Shown here: positions 52,440 through 61,158 of the stretch, piece by piece | Position numbering within the stretch: the stretch's first letter is position 1 | How the letters are laid out: each line of letters opens with the position of its first letter | Assembly (NCBI GenBank): GCA_964566795.1 | Contig: CAZMIU010000001.1 | Coordinates: 214,789-278,788 of the forward strand | Direction of reading: 5' to 3' | Source of the DNA: an uncultured Candidatus Saccharibacteria bacterium | GTDB lineage: Bacteria; Patescibacteriota; Minisyncoccia; Phycocordibacterales; SBAW01 | Length of the DNA: 64,000 bases | Program-made: the position numbers and the translations under genes | The notes under the pieces: generated by a model | Databases searched by the model: none | Told to the model about the DNA's origin: nothing | The model's input: the letters and a program-made list of their open reading frames with translations, nothing else

Positions 52440-53546
52440 ATGTTCAACACAACGCAGATCGTGATCTTGATGGTCATGGCGCTTTCGCTTTTGGGCTTCG
52501 CGGCCCTCTGGCAGTTTCGTGGCAGTCTCACGACTGTCATGGGCAGTCTGACTCAAACTACCCTTCCTCAAGCCACATCCGGCGGATCGCTGTTTAACAC
52601 CAGCTTTCTGCTCGCGATAGTGTTTTGGTTGGCTGTAGGGTATCTCTTTGGTGTCCCCTTCAGCAGGTGGACAGCAAGTGCTCTTGGCTTAAGCGGATTG
52701 TCGATATTGCACAGCGGTATCACCATCGCGATTGCTGCTGCAGGTATGGTGTGGGTTACCCACAACACACCGACCAATCACAAGACAGCTGTCTTGTTTT
52801 TTGGTACAGCACGCTTTCGCGTCGGGCCGCGTGGCAACGGATTCGAGGAAGGGCTCAACGCCCTGCCTTTGGGTTGGCCGTTTTTTGTCGCACACGACAG
52901 GAACGTCAACCAGTTCGTTGAAAAGTTCGACCAGATGAAAGCGTATTCCCAAGACAGGCAGCCGGTCAGAATCTCCGGCACCTTTCGGCGGTACATAGAC
53001 GACATCTACGCGGCATACAATATCAACAACGCGGACGGGCAAGAGACAGAGGCTGTGCAGGAGCTCGTAAGCACCACGCTCGGCTACATCCGGGACGGTG
53101 CCGAAGACTTCACTGCAGTGCAACTCATCTCTGAACACCCGGGCGGGTCCGGTCCAACCAAGAAAGTTCTCGCGGAGTCTGCCTACGAAAAAGTTCAGGC
53201 ATACCTCGCGGGGGCAAATACGATCGGCTACAACATTACGCCGATCCTCATCAACGAGGTTGACCTCGACCCCGACTTCGAAAAGGCTCTCAAGGCCAAG
53301 TCGAGGGAGGAAGTCGAGGGCGAGGCGGAGCAAGTGCAGATCGAGCGGCGACTTAAGCAGATTGATACGCTTAAGGAAAAGGGCGTCAACGCCGATCTCG
53401 CCGCATCCGTCGCGCAAGTTGAGGCTGAAAAGCCGGGGGCGAAGATCAACACGATCAACATCCCCGGCATGCAAGGCATAGGAGAGGCCGCCGGCAACGC
53501 CGGCAAGGCGTTCTCCGAGTGGCTTCGCAACAGACCAACCCAATAG
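52440..53546 (+). CDS. SPFH/band-7 (prohibitin/HflC-like) domain membrane protein
   Basis: ORF trimmed to MFNTTQIV…, because the upstream ATG lies 3 nt after the -10 box. AAAGGGG SD. Several N-terminal TMs. The C-terminal INEVDLDPDFEKALKAKSREEVEGEAEQVQIERRLKQI is an SPFH-type Ala/Glu-rich helix. Confidence 0.55.
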   Translation: MFNTTQIVILMVMALSLLGFAALWQFRGSLTTVMGSLTQTTLPQATSGGSLFNTSFLLAIVFWLAVGYLFGVPFSRWTASALGLSGLSILHSGITIAIAAAGMVWVTHNTPTNHKTAVLFFGTARFRVGPRGNGFEEGLNALPLGWPFFVAHDRNVNQFVEKFDQMKAYSQDRQPVRISGTFRRYIDDIYAAYNINNADGQETEAVQELVSTTLGYIRDGAEDFTAVQLISEHPGGSGPTKKVLAESAYEKVQAYLAGANTIGYNITPILINEVDLDPDFEKALKAKSREEVEGEAEQVQIERRLKQIDTLKEKGVNADLAASVAQVEAEKPGAKINTINIPGMQGIGEAAGNAGKAFSEWLRNRPTQ

Positions 53547-53555
53547 GAGCAAAAG

Positions 53556-54446
53556 ATGAACAGACTTGGTATTGCAGTAGGGATTATCCTGAGCGTAATA
53601 GCTGTGGCTCTCGGGCTTCAGATATTTATTGACTCGGGGATGTCGACTGCTCCCACAACTGCAGGTGCTTCGGGAGATGCAACAGCTATAGTCCTTAAGT
53701 GGGCTGTCGTTGCACTCATCATTGCACTCGCTGTTGCAGGCGTCATGTGGCTTTTCTCCCGGGTCCGGCCCGCTGCACCTGCCACGGCAGGTGCGGCAGC
53801 AGGCTTTGCGTGGAGGCCACCTACGTGGCTGGTCGCTCTTGTGGCCGTCGTCCTTCTCGCGTACTTCTGGACGACGATCATTGCGCTGTTTCCGCCGGGC
53901 ACACAGGCTCGTCTTGTGGGCTTCGGGAACGCGCTGGCGACCAACTGGGTCCTTACGGGCCTCATACTCGCCGCCCTGCTGTTTGTTCTCAAGCAGCGGA
54001 CAGCGGCGATCATTGTGGGTGGTCTGGCGGTGCTGGCGTTCTTCTTGATGCCGGATGCCGGAGGGCTCAACCGGGCCGAGCGGTTCCACACTTGGATCAC
54101 GACGCCTGCGCCCAACCTTTCTCATCGGGCTACCCCGCAAGAGGAGGTCTGGGCGCACAACACCAGCCGCGACTGCCCTGGCAAGCTGCTGGGCCCCTAC
54201 AGGCTCAGCACAGCCGAGGTGAAGTTTAACCCCAACGGATGCTTCTTCTATGCGTTGGGTAGCGGAGAGGTTAAGTTCTCGGGCCTATTCTTTGGCGACC
54301 TCACAGTCGACCTCAAGACGGGCGCGGGCGACTCCACGGCAGGCATGAAAGTGTATACTGCCAGAGCCTCCTACGCTCCGGTGACGTGGCAGTACATCCT
54401 CTGCTCCGGTCCCAAAAAGGACATGAGCACGCTGGATTGCCGATAG
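53556..54446 (+). CDS. Polytopic membrane protein (6-7 TM) with a C-terminal extracytoplasmic Cys-containing domain
   Basis: Hydrophobicity pattern. Co-transcribed with the SPFH gene (10-nt gap). Confidence 0.5.
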   Translation: MNRLGIAVGIILSVIAVALGLQIFIDSGMSTAPTTAGASGDATAIVLKWAVVALIIALAVAGVMWLFSRVRPAAPATAGAAAGFAWRPPTWLVALVAVVLLAYFWTTIIALFPPGTQARLVGFGNALATNWVLTGLILAALLFVLKQRTAAIIVGGLAVLAFFLMPDAGGLNRAERFHTWITTPAPNLSHRATPQEEVWAHNTSRDCPGKLLGPYRLSTAEVKFNPNGCFFYALGSGEVKFSGLFFGDLTVDLKTGAGDSTAGMKVYTARASYAPVTWQYILCSGPKKDMSTLDCR

Positions 54447-54559
54447 TACCTTCACAGCTACAGGGGCGGACTACCAAGTCCGCCCCTTTTTCTATATACG
54501 GCCTTATTTTAAGCCATATTTTATGGCGCTGTGTCTAGACTTGACTTTTAGCCTTATAT

Positions 54560-55279
54560 ATGATACGATATATGCATATGAATAAAACCTTTATTACTAC
54601 TCTCCTGGTATTGGCGGCTATTTCTATGCCCTACTTTGCCTCTGCCTCGACAGTATCTGACACCTACGACACCACCTGGATAGATACAGGCTATTACGAT
54701 ACCTTTGAGCCCATCTACGACACGGTAGCTTCCGGGGGCTCGCAGTCTTATCGCTCCGGCTTCTCTGTCCCTGCCGGCCTCTCGGTTCGCTCAGGCTTCT
54801 CTGTCCCCTCTGGCCGCTCGGTATTCTCCGGCCGCTCCACACCTTCTGGCCGCTCAGTACGCTCCGGCTACTCGGTACCCTCGGGCATCCCGTATAACCC
54901 AGCCTACTCTGCAGTATCCGGCTACTCGACCCGCTCGGGTTACTCGGTGCAGTCCGGATACTCCACCCCCTCTGGCACAGCAGCCCAGTCTGGCTACTCT
55001 GCCCAGTCTGGCACAGCGGCGCAGTCGGGCTATGCTGCTCAGTCTGGCAAGTCTGTACAGTCCGGATACTCTGGCCCCTCGGGCAAGTCTGCAAACTCCG
55101 GCTACTCTGCACAGTCTGGCTACAGCATCGCCTCGGGCTACTCGGCACCGTCCGGCTACAGCATCGCCTCAGGCTACTCCGCCCAGTCTGGCTACTCGGT
55201 GCCCTCCGGTTACTCTGCCCCGTCCGGGTTCTCGGCACCAGGCACACAGATCGGCTACCTAAGCCCCATATACAAGTAA
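54560..55279 (+). CDS. Secreted protein made almost entirely of ~35 hexapeptide SG(Y/F)S-x-x repeats
   Basis: Signal peptide MNKTFITTLLVLAAISMPYFASA. Then …SGYSAQSGYSIASGYSAPSGYSIASGYSAQSGYSVPSGYSAPSGFS…. The underlying 18-nt DNA periodicity is visible at 54760-55250. Confidence 0.7.
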   Translation: MIRYMHMNKTFITTLLVLAAISMPYFASASTVSDTYDTTWIDTGYYDTFEPIYDTVASGGSQSYRSGFSVPAGLSVRSGFSVPSGRSVFSGRSTPSGRSVRSGYSVPSGIPYNPAYSAVSGYSTRSGYSVQSGYSTPSGTAAQSGYSAQSGTAAQSGYAAQSGKSVQSGYSGPSGKSANSGYSAQSGYSIASGYSAPSGYSIASGYSAQSGYSVPSGYSAPSGFSAPGTQIGYLSPIYK

Positions 55280-55328
55280 TACATGCAAACAAAAACCGCC
55301 GCCCCGTTTGAGGGCGGCGGTTTTTGTA

Positions 55329-55592
55329 TTACCAGCACGGCAGCGTGCCGCCGACCACGTTTGAGATAATTTTAATAACGGCGATAGCAGAGACCATGAT
55401 GATCATACCCAAAAGCCCGTAGCCCATGTGCCTCTTGCCGTCCTCGCGCTTGCTGCTCTCCTGGCTGAGGCCCCACATAAACTCCACAAGCCCAAAAATA
55501 AACACAAGCAGGCCTACAGCAAACAAGAGTGCCAGCGCGGGGTTTACAATCGCGCCCACTATCTTTCCAACTATTGAGCAGGTCGCTGTCAT
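55329..55592 (-). CDS. Small two-helix membrane protein, VirB2/TrbC-pilin-like paralog 5
   Basis: LLVFIFGLVEFMWG-loop(SQESSKREDGKR)-LLGMIIMVSAIAVIKII. Shares its architecture with the four upstream ORFs. Confidence 0.55.
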   Translation of the reverse strand: MTATCSIVGKIVGAIVNPALALLFAVGLLVFIFGLVEFMWGLSQESSKREDGKRHMGYGLLGMIIMVSAIAVIKIISNVVGGTLPCW

Positions 55593-55594
55593 GG

Positions 55595-55921
55595 TCAGTA
55601 GATAGCGTTTGCAGAGCTATTGCCCGTGCCCGGATATATAATCTGCGGCGCCTTGCCGGTCGCGTTGGCATTAATGCCGAGTGCCGTCTGCATGAGCGCG
55701 ATAATCCCCCACACCGACACCATCACAAAGAGTATAAGCAGGCCCCACTTCATCAGCGTCTTGGCCTTGTCTATCTCGGGGCCGGCGCCGCTGCCCCACA
55801 TGTACTTAACCAAGCCCCAGAGGAATACCGCCAGGCCAAGCGTAACAAGCACCGGCACGAGCATCCCGACAACCTTTGCCAGGGCGGATATGAGGCTCAC
55901 GAGTGGAGAGAGGTTAAGCAT
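55595..55921 (-). CDS. VirB2/TrbC-pilin-like paralog 4
   Basis: LAVFLWGLVKYMWGSGAGPEIDKAKTLMKWGLLILFVMVSVWGIIALMQTALGI is ~60% identical to paralog 3. Confidence 0.6.
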   Translation of the reverse strand: MLNLSPLVSLISALAKVVGMLVPVLVTLGLAVFLWGLVKYMWGSGAGPEIDKAKTLMKWGLLILFVMVSVWGIIALMQTALGINANATGKAPQIIYPGTGNSSANAIY

Positions 55922-55956
55922 ACGGCAAAAGGGCCGGCGTCAGCCGGCCCTTTAGG

Positions 55957-56313
55957 CTACATCGGGTAGAGTACTTGCGGCGAGGTTGCACCTGCGTTGG
56001 GGTTAATGCCGAGCGCATCTTGTGCCAGGCGCACAATGCCCCAGACAGACACCATCACAAACAGCGTTACAAGGCCCCAGATCATCAAGTCGCGGTTGGA
56101 CTTGGTGCCATCTGCGCCGCCTGCCTTCAGGAGATAGCGCACCAGACCAAAGAAGAACACCACCAGTGCCAGCGTAATAAGGACCGGGACAAGCGCACCC
56201 ACAAGGCGGGCGATGGCGCCAATGAGGTTAGCCAAAGGCTGGAGGCTCTGGGCTGAGGCTGCAAACGGCATAGCCATCAAAAGGGCTGCAGAAGCTACGG
56301 ATATCTTTTTCAT
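55957..56313 (-). CDS. VirB2/TrbC-pilin-like paralog 3, with a cleavable signal peptide
   Basis: MKKISVASAALLMAMPFAASAQS signal, then LVVFFFGLVRYLLKAGGADGTKSNRDLMIWGLVTLFVMVSVWGIVRLAQDALGI. Confidence 0.6.
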   Translation of the reverse strand: MKKISVASAALLMAMPFAASAQSLQPLANLIGAIARLVGALVPVLITLALVVFFFGLVRYLLKAGGADGTKSNRDLMIWGLVTLFVMVSVWGIVRLAQDALGINPNAGATSPQVLYPM

Positions 56314-56449
56314 GTGTAATTATTATTGTAAACCTACGCGCACCACCTAATGAATATGCTGTTAATAGTAGCAGGCTGCGCGTAGCGACAGCTTGCGCGT
56401 GTGGATATCTCCGGCGTTTCCGGCCAAGTCCGTACCAGAGCGTCGGACT

Positions 56450-56686
56450 CTAGGCCACAAAGATGTTCTGCACCACCTGCAGTATCCCAAACACCGACAC
56501 AATGATAAACAGCACAAGCAGGCTCCACCCCAAAAACTCCTTCTGGGCCTGTTTGCGCGCATCCTGCGCATAAAACAGGTAGCGCACGCCGCCCCAGATA
56601 AACACGGCCAAGGCAACCGAGCCTAAAAGCGCCACAAGCAGGTTAATAATCGAGATAATCTGCGACACGAGTGTTGAGAGTGTCAT
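56450..56686 (-). CDS. VirB2/TrbC-pilin-like paralog 2 (78 aa, no signal peptide)
   Basis: LAVFIWGGVRYLFYAQDARKQAQKEFLGWSLLVLFIIVSVFGILQVV. Confidence 0.55.
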   Translation of the reverse strand: MTLSTLVSQIISIINLLVALLGSVALAVFIWGGVRYLFYAQDARKQAQKEFLGWSLLVLFIIVSVFGILQVVQNIFVA

Positions 56687-56689
56687 GTA

Positions 56690-57157
56690 TTAGGTGCGGC
56701 CGCAGAACTGTATCGTGCCCGAGGTGTCGAGTGTCTGTATGGTTGCGGCAATGATGGTGGCCAGGGTCCACGCGCCTAAAAACACGGCAATACCCACAAT
56801 GACAAAGTAGAAGTTGCGTTTGGCCTCCTCAAGCTTGGTCGAGTTGCCGCGCGCCAGAATAAACTTAAAGCCCGACCACACAAAGAAGAACACGGCCACG
56901 GGCAGCCCTATGGCCAGTACAACGTTAAGGAGGCTGCGCACCAGGTCGCAGAAGTTTTTAACCCCCAGAGGGTCGCAGAGCGTAAAGGTGCCGTCGCTGC
57001 CTGGCCCGCACCCGCCACCGGTCGTATACGCCGAGCCACCACCCGTGGTAAAGGTAGAGCCGCCGCCGGTTGTAAAGGTTCCCTGTGCCATAGTCAGTTG
57101 AGGCACCAGAACTGAGGCAAACAGTGCGAGCGTTGCGATGTGTTTTATGAACTTCAT
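56690..57157 (-). CDS. VirB2/TrbC-pilin-like paralog 1, with a signal peptide and a TFTTGGGS-repeat N-terminal extension
   Basis: MKFIKHIATLALFASVLVPQLTMAQG signal. GTFTTGGGSTFTTGGGSAYTTGGG. Cys pair. Then VFFFVWSGFKFILARGNSTKLEEAKRNFYFVIVGIAVFLGAWTLATII. Confidence 0.6.
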   Translation of the reverse strand: MKFIKHIATLALFASVLVPQLTMAQGTFTTGGGSTFTTGGGSAYTTGGGCGPGSDGTFTLCDPLGVKNFCDLVRSLLNVVLAIGLPVAVFFFVWSGFKFILARGNSTKLEEAKRNFYFVIVGIAVFLGAWTLATIIAATIQTLDTSGTIQFCGRT

Positions 57158-58455
57158 TATTGGTTTGGCAAAAGCTGGCGCATAGCCGACGCCGCGTCAA
57201 AGACAGCCTGCTCGGAGGTGCTGCGGCCGCTTATCACCGATTCTATCATCTCTTTAAACAGGCTATTGGTCGTCTGCGTGTTTGGGTCGGCCCACGAGCG
57301 CGACATGAGCGCCGACTGTACAAACACCGCCGCCGCGGCCGAGGACGAGGTGTCGGTGCGCACATCGCGGCGCGCCGGCGGCAGTCCCAGCTGCTGCGCC
57401 ACCGCCGCCGCCGAGGTGGGCGAGGTAAGCTTGATGGCGGCGGCCAGCGCGCCATTTGGGTTTTGCGAGCCGCGCGCAATAGCGAGGCCCACCATGGTGC
57501 CCGAGGTAATCTTGGCTGATGCGCCCTCAAGCTGCGGCAGGGTCGCCACACCAAAGCGCAAGTTGGGGTTTCTCTCACCTATCGAGCGGTATTCGCTGGC
57601 AAAGCCAAAGTAGATAGCGAGGTCGCCCGCAGTAAACGCGTTGTACGAGCTGGGCAGCGAGCGGTTCCACGAGTAGGTGGTCTTGCTGGGATTGGCAAAG
57701 TCGGTATAAAAGCGCAGGGCCTCAGACGCGGGAGACACGTTTGAGTTGTTGGGGCGGCTCCCCAGTATGGGCACGAGGTTGCCCGAGGGAGCGCGGTTGG
57801 TGATAAAGTCGCCCGACTGCATGATAAGCGCCGAGAGTATCGCCTTGGCGTTTACAACATTGTCCCAGGTACCCATCGCCACCGCCGACTTGCGGATATT
57901 GCCGCCCGCATCAAGCCCGGTCATCTTGGGTGCCAGAGTTATAAGCTCGCTCCAGTACTGCGGAGGCTGCCCCTGCCCCACCCCGGTAAAGGTGTCGCGG
58001 TTCCAGTACATGACCAGGGGGTCAATGATAAACGGCAGGGACAATATGCCCTGCGGCGTCAAAAACAGTTGGCCCTCATCTATATAGGAGGTTATAAACG
58101 TGCTTTGCGACACGGTGCTGTACGGGATAGGCGTAACCTTGTCTGCCAAGAGGCCAATGTCCTGTTGCGAGAGGAAGATAAGGTCGGGCCCGGTACCCGC
58201 CGCGATGGCGTTGATAAGCTCAGACTCGTAGGTTGCAGGCTTTTTGGCAATGTAGATTACATCCTGGAGCGCCTTGTCCTTTTGGGTCAACGCCGAGAGT
58301 ATCGCGTCCATCTGTGTTTGGTCGGCAGTACCCCACACCACAACCCTGCCGAGCGTGTCTTTGTTGCCAAAGCCGCCAAACAGCGCAAAGATACCCACGC
58401 CGGCAATAACCAGTATGGCAAAAATGCCCATGACAATAGTTTGGAAGGCCGACAT
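57157..58455 (-). CDS. ABC transporter extracellular solute-binding protein (family 1, sugar-type), membrane-anchored
   Basis: N-terminal TM anchor. SBP_bac_1-like fold motifs (VVWGTADQT…, GPDLIFLSQQDIG, …NPNLRFGVATLPQ). Confidence 0.7.
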   Translation of the reverse strand: MSAFQTIVMGIFAILVIAGVGIFALFGGFGNKDTLGRVVVWGTADQTQMDAILSALTQKDKALQDVIYIAKKPATYESELINAIAAGTGPDLIFLSQQDIGLLADKVTPIPYSTVSQSTFITSYIDEGQLFLTPQGILSLPFIIDPLVMYWNRDTFTGVGQGQPPQYWSELITLAPKMTGLDAGGNIRKSAVAMGTWDNVVNAKAILSALIMQSGDFITNRAPSGNLVPILGSRPNNSNVSPASEALRFYTDFANPSKTTYSWNRSLPSSYNAFTAGDLAIYFGFASEYRSIGERNPNLRFGVATLPQLEGASAKITSGTMVGLAIARGSQNPNGALAAAIKLTSPTSAAAVAQQLGLPPARRDVRTDTSSSAAAAVFVQSALMSRSWADPNTQTTNSLFKEMIESVISGRSTSEQAVFDAASAMRQLLPNQ

Positions 58456-58456
58456 A

Positions 58457-58996
58457 CTACTTCTTTCTTAGTATAAGGCCCCAATGATACCCGCCCACGG
58501 AGATATCCTCTGCATGTGCAAACCCGGCCCGCTCAAATATCGCGCGTGCCTCCTCTTTTGAAATCACATGGTCATCGTGCGGCCCTAAGCCCCCATGGCT
58601 CGCCGACCAGTCAATTAAGAGCAGCCTCCCCGCGCGGCGCAGCACGCGGTATGCCTCGCGCGCCACGGTGTCTTTATCGTGCATCGAAAACAGCGTGTTT
58701 GCGAGAATGCAGAAGTCTATCGTGGCGTCCGGCAGGTGCGTGCCGCGGAGCTTCTCGGGGGTGCCGCGCACCACCTCTATGGTGTGTATCCCCTCGCTTG
58801 TGGCCAAGTTTTTAAGCCGCACGAGCATCTCTTGGCTCGGGTCGATAGCCCATACCTGTGCATCGGGCCCGGCTGCGCGCGCCGCTGCGCGTGTAAAAAA
58901 GCCCGAGCCCGCAGCCAAGTCGGCCACACGGGAGCCTTGGCTTATGTGCGCCCTAGCAATGGCAGCCTGCGGGTTAAGAAACGATGTCTCGCTCAC
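58457..58996 (-). CDS. Class I SAM-dependent methyltransferase
   Basis: Motif I VADLAAGSGFF. Rossmann-like order. Confidence 0.7.
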   Translation of the reverse strand: MSETSFLNPQAAIARAHISQGSRVADLAAGSGFFTRAAARAAGPDAQVWAIDPSQEMLVRLKNLATSEGIHTIEVVRGTPEKLRGTHLPDATIDFCILANTLFSMHDKDTVAREAYRVLRRAGRLLLIDWSASHGGLGPHDDHVISKEEARAIFERAGFAHAEDISVGGYHWGLILRKK

Positions 58997-59065
58997 ATAT
59001 ATATTGTAAAGCCAGTTTTTGTCCCAGGTAACAAAAAGGCCCGCAGCTTGCGCTGCGGGCCCTCA

Positions 59066-59380
59066 TTAGGCCTGTGTGTCCACAATCGAACCGGGCGGCA
59101 GGAACTTGTTGTGCTCCATGAGCGCGTCAAGCGTAAAGTGCCTGGCAAACCCCAGGCACATCTGGAGCGCGGTGTAGTGCCGGTTTGCCTTGCCCCAGCG
59201 GGCAGGGTCTCCAGAGAACTCGCGAGCACTGTCGCACAGGTAATGCGCGTGGGCCAAAAGCTCAATCTGGCTTAGGTCGCCAAAGGTCCGGGCTGTATGC
59301 ATGCGCTTTTTAGGGACGCCCTGGTCCTTTAGGTACTTTTCGTACCAGTTGATGCGGGCGAGCATGTGGTCTGGGGTCAT
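59066..59380 (-). CDS. Hypothetical protein
   Basis: 104-aa ORF. No recognisable motif. Confidence 0.4.
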   Translation of the reverse strand: MTPDHMLARINWYEKYLKDQGVPKKRMHTARTFGDLSQIELLAHAHYLCDSAREFSGDPARWGKANRHYTALQMCLGFARHFTLDALMEHNKFLPPGSIVDTQA

Positions 59381-59419
59381 TTGGGCTCCCTGTCGGTTGC
59401 TGAGTCTGCCCCGACCTTA

Positions 59420-59665
59420 TCAAACTTTTGAAAAACGCGCGAGCCTTTGGCCCTGCCACTCCACAGCCTCGCCCCACTCCTGAAGCGGGCGGGTAAACAG
59501 TTTAGACACCGCGCCCTCATACATGGGCTCGTACACCACAAGCCAGGTCTCGTCGCTGTGGAGTGCCACCCCCACTACTTTGTAGCTGTCGCCTTTGTAG
59601 TGCTTATACACCTCCCCTGCCACAGGAGCATCTGCGGGCACCTCTGGCACAGGTTGATGCGACAT
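59420..59665 (-). CDS. DUF1653-family small protein (81 aa), contained within a longer spurious ORF
   Basis: MSHQPVPEVPADAPVAGEVYKHYKGDSYKVVGVALHSDETWLVVYEPMYEGAVSKLFTRPLQEWGEAVEWQG matches the DUF1653 pattern (YKHYKG…Y.V…VVY…RPL..W). Confidence 0.55.
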   Translation of the reverse strand: MSHQPVPEVPADAPVAGEVYKHYKGDSYKVVGVALHSDETWLVVYEPMYEGAVSKLFTRPLQEWGEAVEWQGQRLARFSKV

Positions 59666-59765
59666 ACGCTCAGTGTAGCAAAGAAAAAGGCCCTGCTCGC
59701 GTTCGTGATGGAACGGAGCAGGGCCCGGCGGTGACGCTCCCTTGCGCGGCCAAGCGTCACCCTGA

Positions 59766-60215
59766 TTATAGCCCAGAATATTGCTGGCGTCCAAGCAGGT
59801 TGTCCATGGTGAGGTGGTCGAGTATCGTGTCGCCCATCGCCGTAGTGCGCTTTTTGCCGATGTCGTAGTCACCCAGGTACACCAGCTCCTCGATCTCGTT
59901 TGAGGCAACCAGGGTGCCCACAAAGTCTGCGGTGAAGCACCACATCCGAAGTTTGGTGCCCTCGACATAGCCGTGGCACGGCCCCTCAAACATAAAGTAA
60001 AACTTGATCGACTCTGCGATAATGTCGACATCCGTCTCCTCTTTAACCTCGCGGACAAGAGCCTCCTCGTGCGTCTCGCCGGGGTTAATCTTGCCGCCCA
60101 CAGTGTAAGACAGTATCTGCCCGCGCGAGCGGGCAAACAGCACCTGGCGCCTGTCATTAAAGTGCAGCCAGGCAACTTTGTTAACGACCCCGCCGGGGGC
60201 CACTTTAAGCGTCAT
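59766..60215 (-). CDS. NUDIX hydrolase
   Basis: Nudix box GGKINPGETHEEALVREVKEETDV. Start chosen at MTLKV, which has a GGAGGA SD. Confidence 0.7.
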   Translation of the reverse strand: MTLKVAPGGVVNKVAWLHFNDRRQVLFARSRGQILSYTVGGKINPGETHEEALVREVKEETDVDIIAESIKFYFMFEGPCHGYVEGTKLRMWCFTADFVGTLVASNEIEELVYLGDYDIGKKRTTAMGDTILDHLTMDNLLGRQQYSGL

Positions 60216-60268
60216 GTGATCCTCCATAGGTGCTCTAGCTACAGAGTACCAAAGCACGCGTACCGGGG

Positions 60269-61111
60269 CTACACCCCGTGGGTATGCTTATGCTGTGTCT
60301 CTGGTGTAGACGATTGGACTCCTTTTAGCTCACTGCACTTAAGGCCGTCGGGGCATACGTTGGGGTTCATCATACCAAAGAGCCCCCATGGGTTTTCAAA
60401 TCCGGGCGCAACCCACGCGTGCATCATCCACAGCTTACTTGCGTACAGCCATGTGCCCGGGCACTCGGCCTTGCCTTCGCCCTCGCCCACCAGCCAGCCG
60501 TTTACAATGCACAACGAGCCGTGCCGATGCCACATGTCATTTTGCCCCGCAAAGCCCTTAGGCTCGGTGTCGCTTTGTACAAAGTAGGAGTACCCCACCA
60601 GTTTTTGCACGCCACCAATAGTGGCGTACAAAAGCATCGACGGCTTAGCCGGGTCAAAGGGCTTGTCTATCAGTGTCCAGTTAACCCAGTGTGAGCCAAT
60701 GCCCGCAAGCTCGCGCGAGGCCTGCGTGTAACCCGCGGCCAGGGCCTTCTGCGGTGTATCAAGCCCCGCGGCTGCTACAGTTGCCGCGGCAATCTCTGCA
60801 TCCAGCTGTACTTGCTCGGTTGTGCCCAGTGGCACCTCTGCCCCGGGGCCAAAGTGCGCCATTGGCATAGGGTCCGGGCGGGCTACTGCGCCAGCATCAT
60901 TTGCAGCCAGAACATCAAGGGCAGCTTGCTGCGCCTGTGGCAGTGGAGGGCGCGTGAGTGCCACATCAAGCTGGATGCCGGATGTTAAAACTGGCAGCGG
61001 CCCATCTTGCATAGGCTTAGACTGCGCCTGTGGCATTCCCATGTATACATAGACACTCACTGCCGCGACAGCTATGGCAGCCAACACTCCCCATACATGC
61101 ATCCCCTTCTC
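60269..61111 (-). CDS. Hypothetical membrane-anchored extracytoplasmic protein
   Basis: ORF trimmed to MEKGMHVWGVLAAIAVAAVSVYVYM (TM). C-terminal domain with His/Cys/Trp-rich motifs (MWHRHGSLCIVNGW, CPGTWLYASKLWMMHAW). Confidence 0.45.
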   Translation of the reverse strand, partial: EKGMHVWGVLAAIAVAAVSVYVYMGMPQAQSKPMQDGPLPVLTSGIQLDVALTRPPLPQAQQAALDVLAANDAGAVARPDPMPMAHFGPGAEVPLGTTEQVQLDAEIAAATVAAAGLDTPQKALAAGYTQASRELAGIGSHWVNWTLIDKPFDPAKPSMLLYATIGGVQKLVGYSYFVQSDTEPKGFAGQNDMWHRHGSLCIVNGWLVGEGEGKAECPGTWLYASKLWMMHAWVAPGFENPWGLFGMMNPNVCPDGLKCSELKGVQSSTPETQHKHTHGV

Positions 61112-61158
61112 CATTACCCCAGTATATAAGAAAACACCCGCGGCCGCGGCCGCGGGTG

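Noticed and set aside
51884-57200. Prophage or integrative element inserted at the tRNA cluster.
   Set aside because: There is no integrase, recombinase, terminase, capsid or tRNA-fragment direct repeat. The genes are membrane and surface proteins rather than phage modules.
59420-60175. 251-aa minus-strand ORF overlapping the NUDIX gene.
   Set aside because: Only its last 81 codons (DUF1653-like) look like a real protein. The upstream extension is Arg-rich nonsense in the alternative frame of the NUDIX hydrolase, which has a clear Nudix box.
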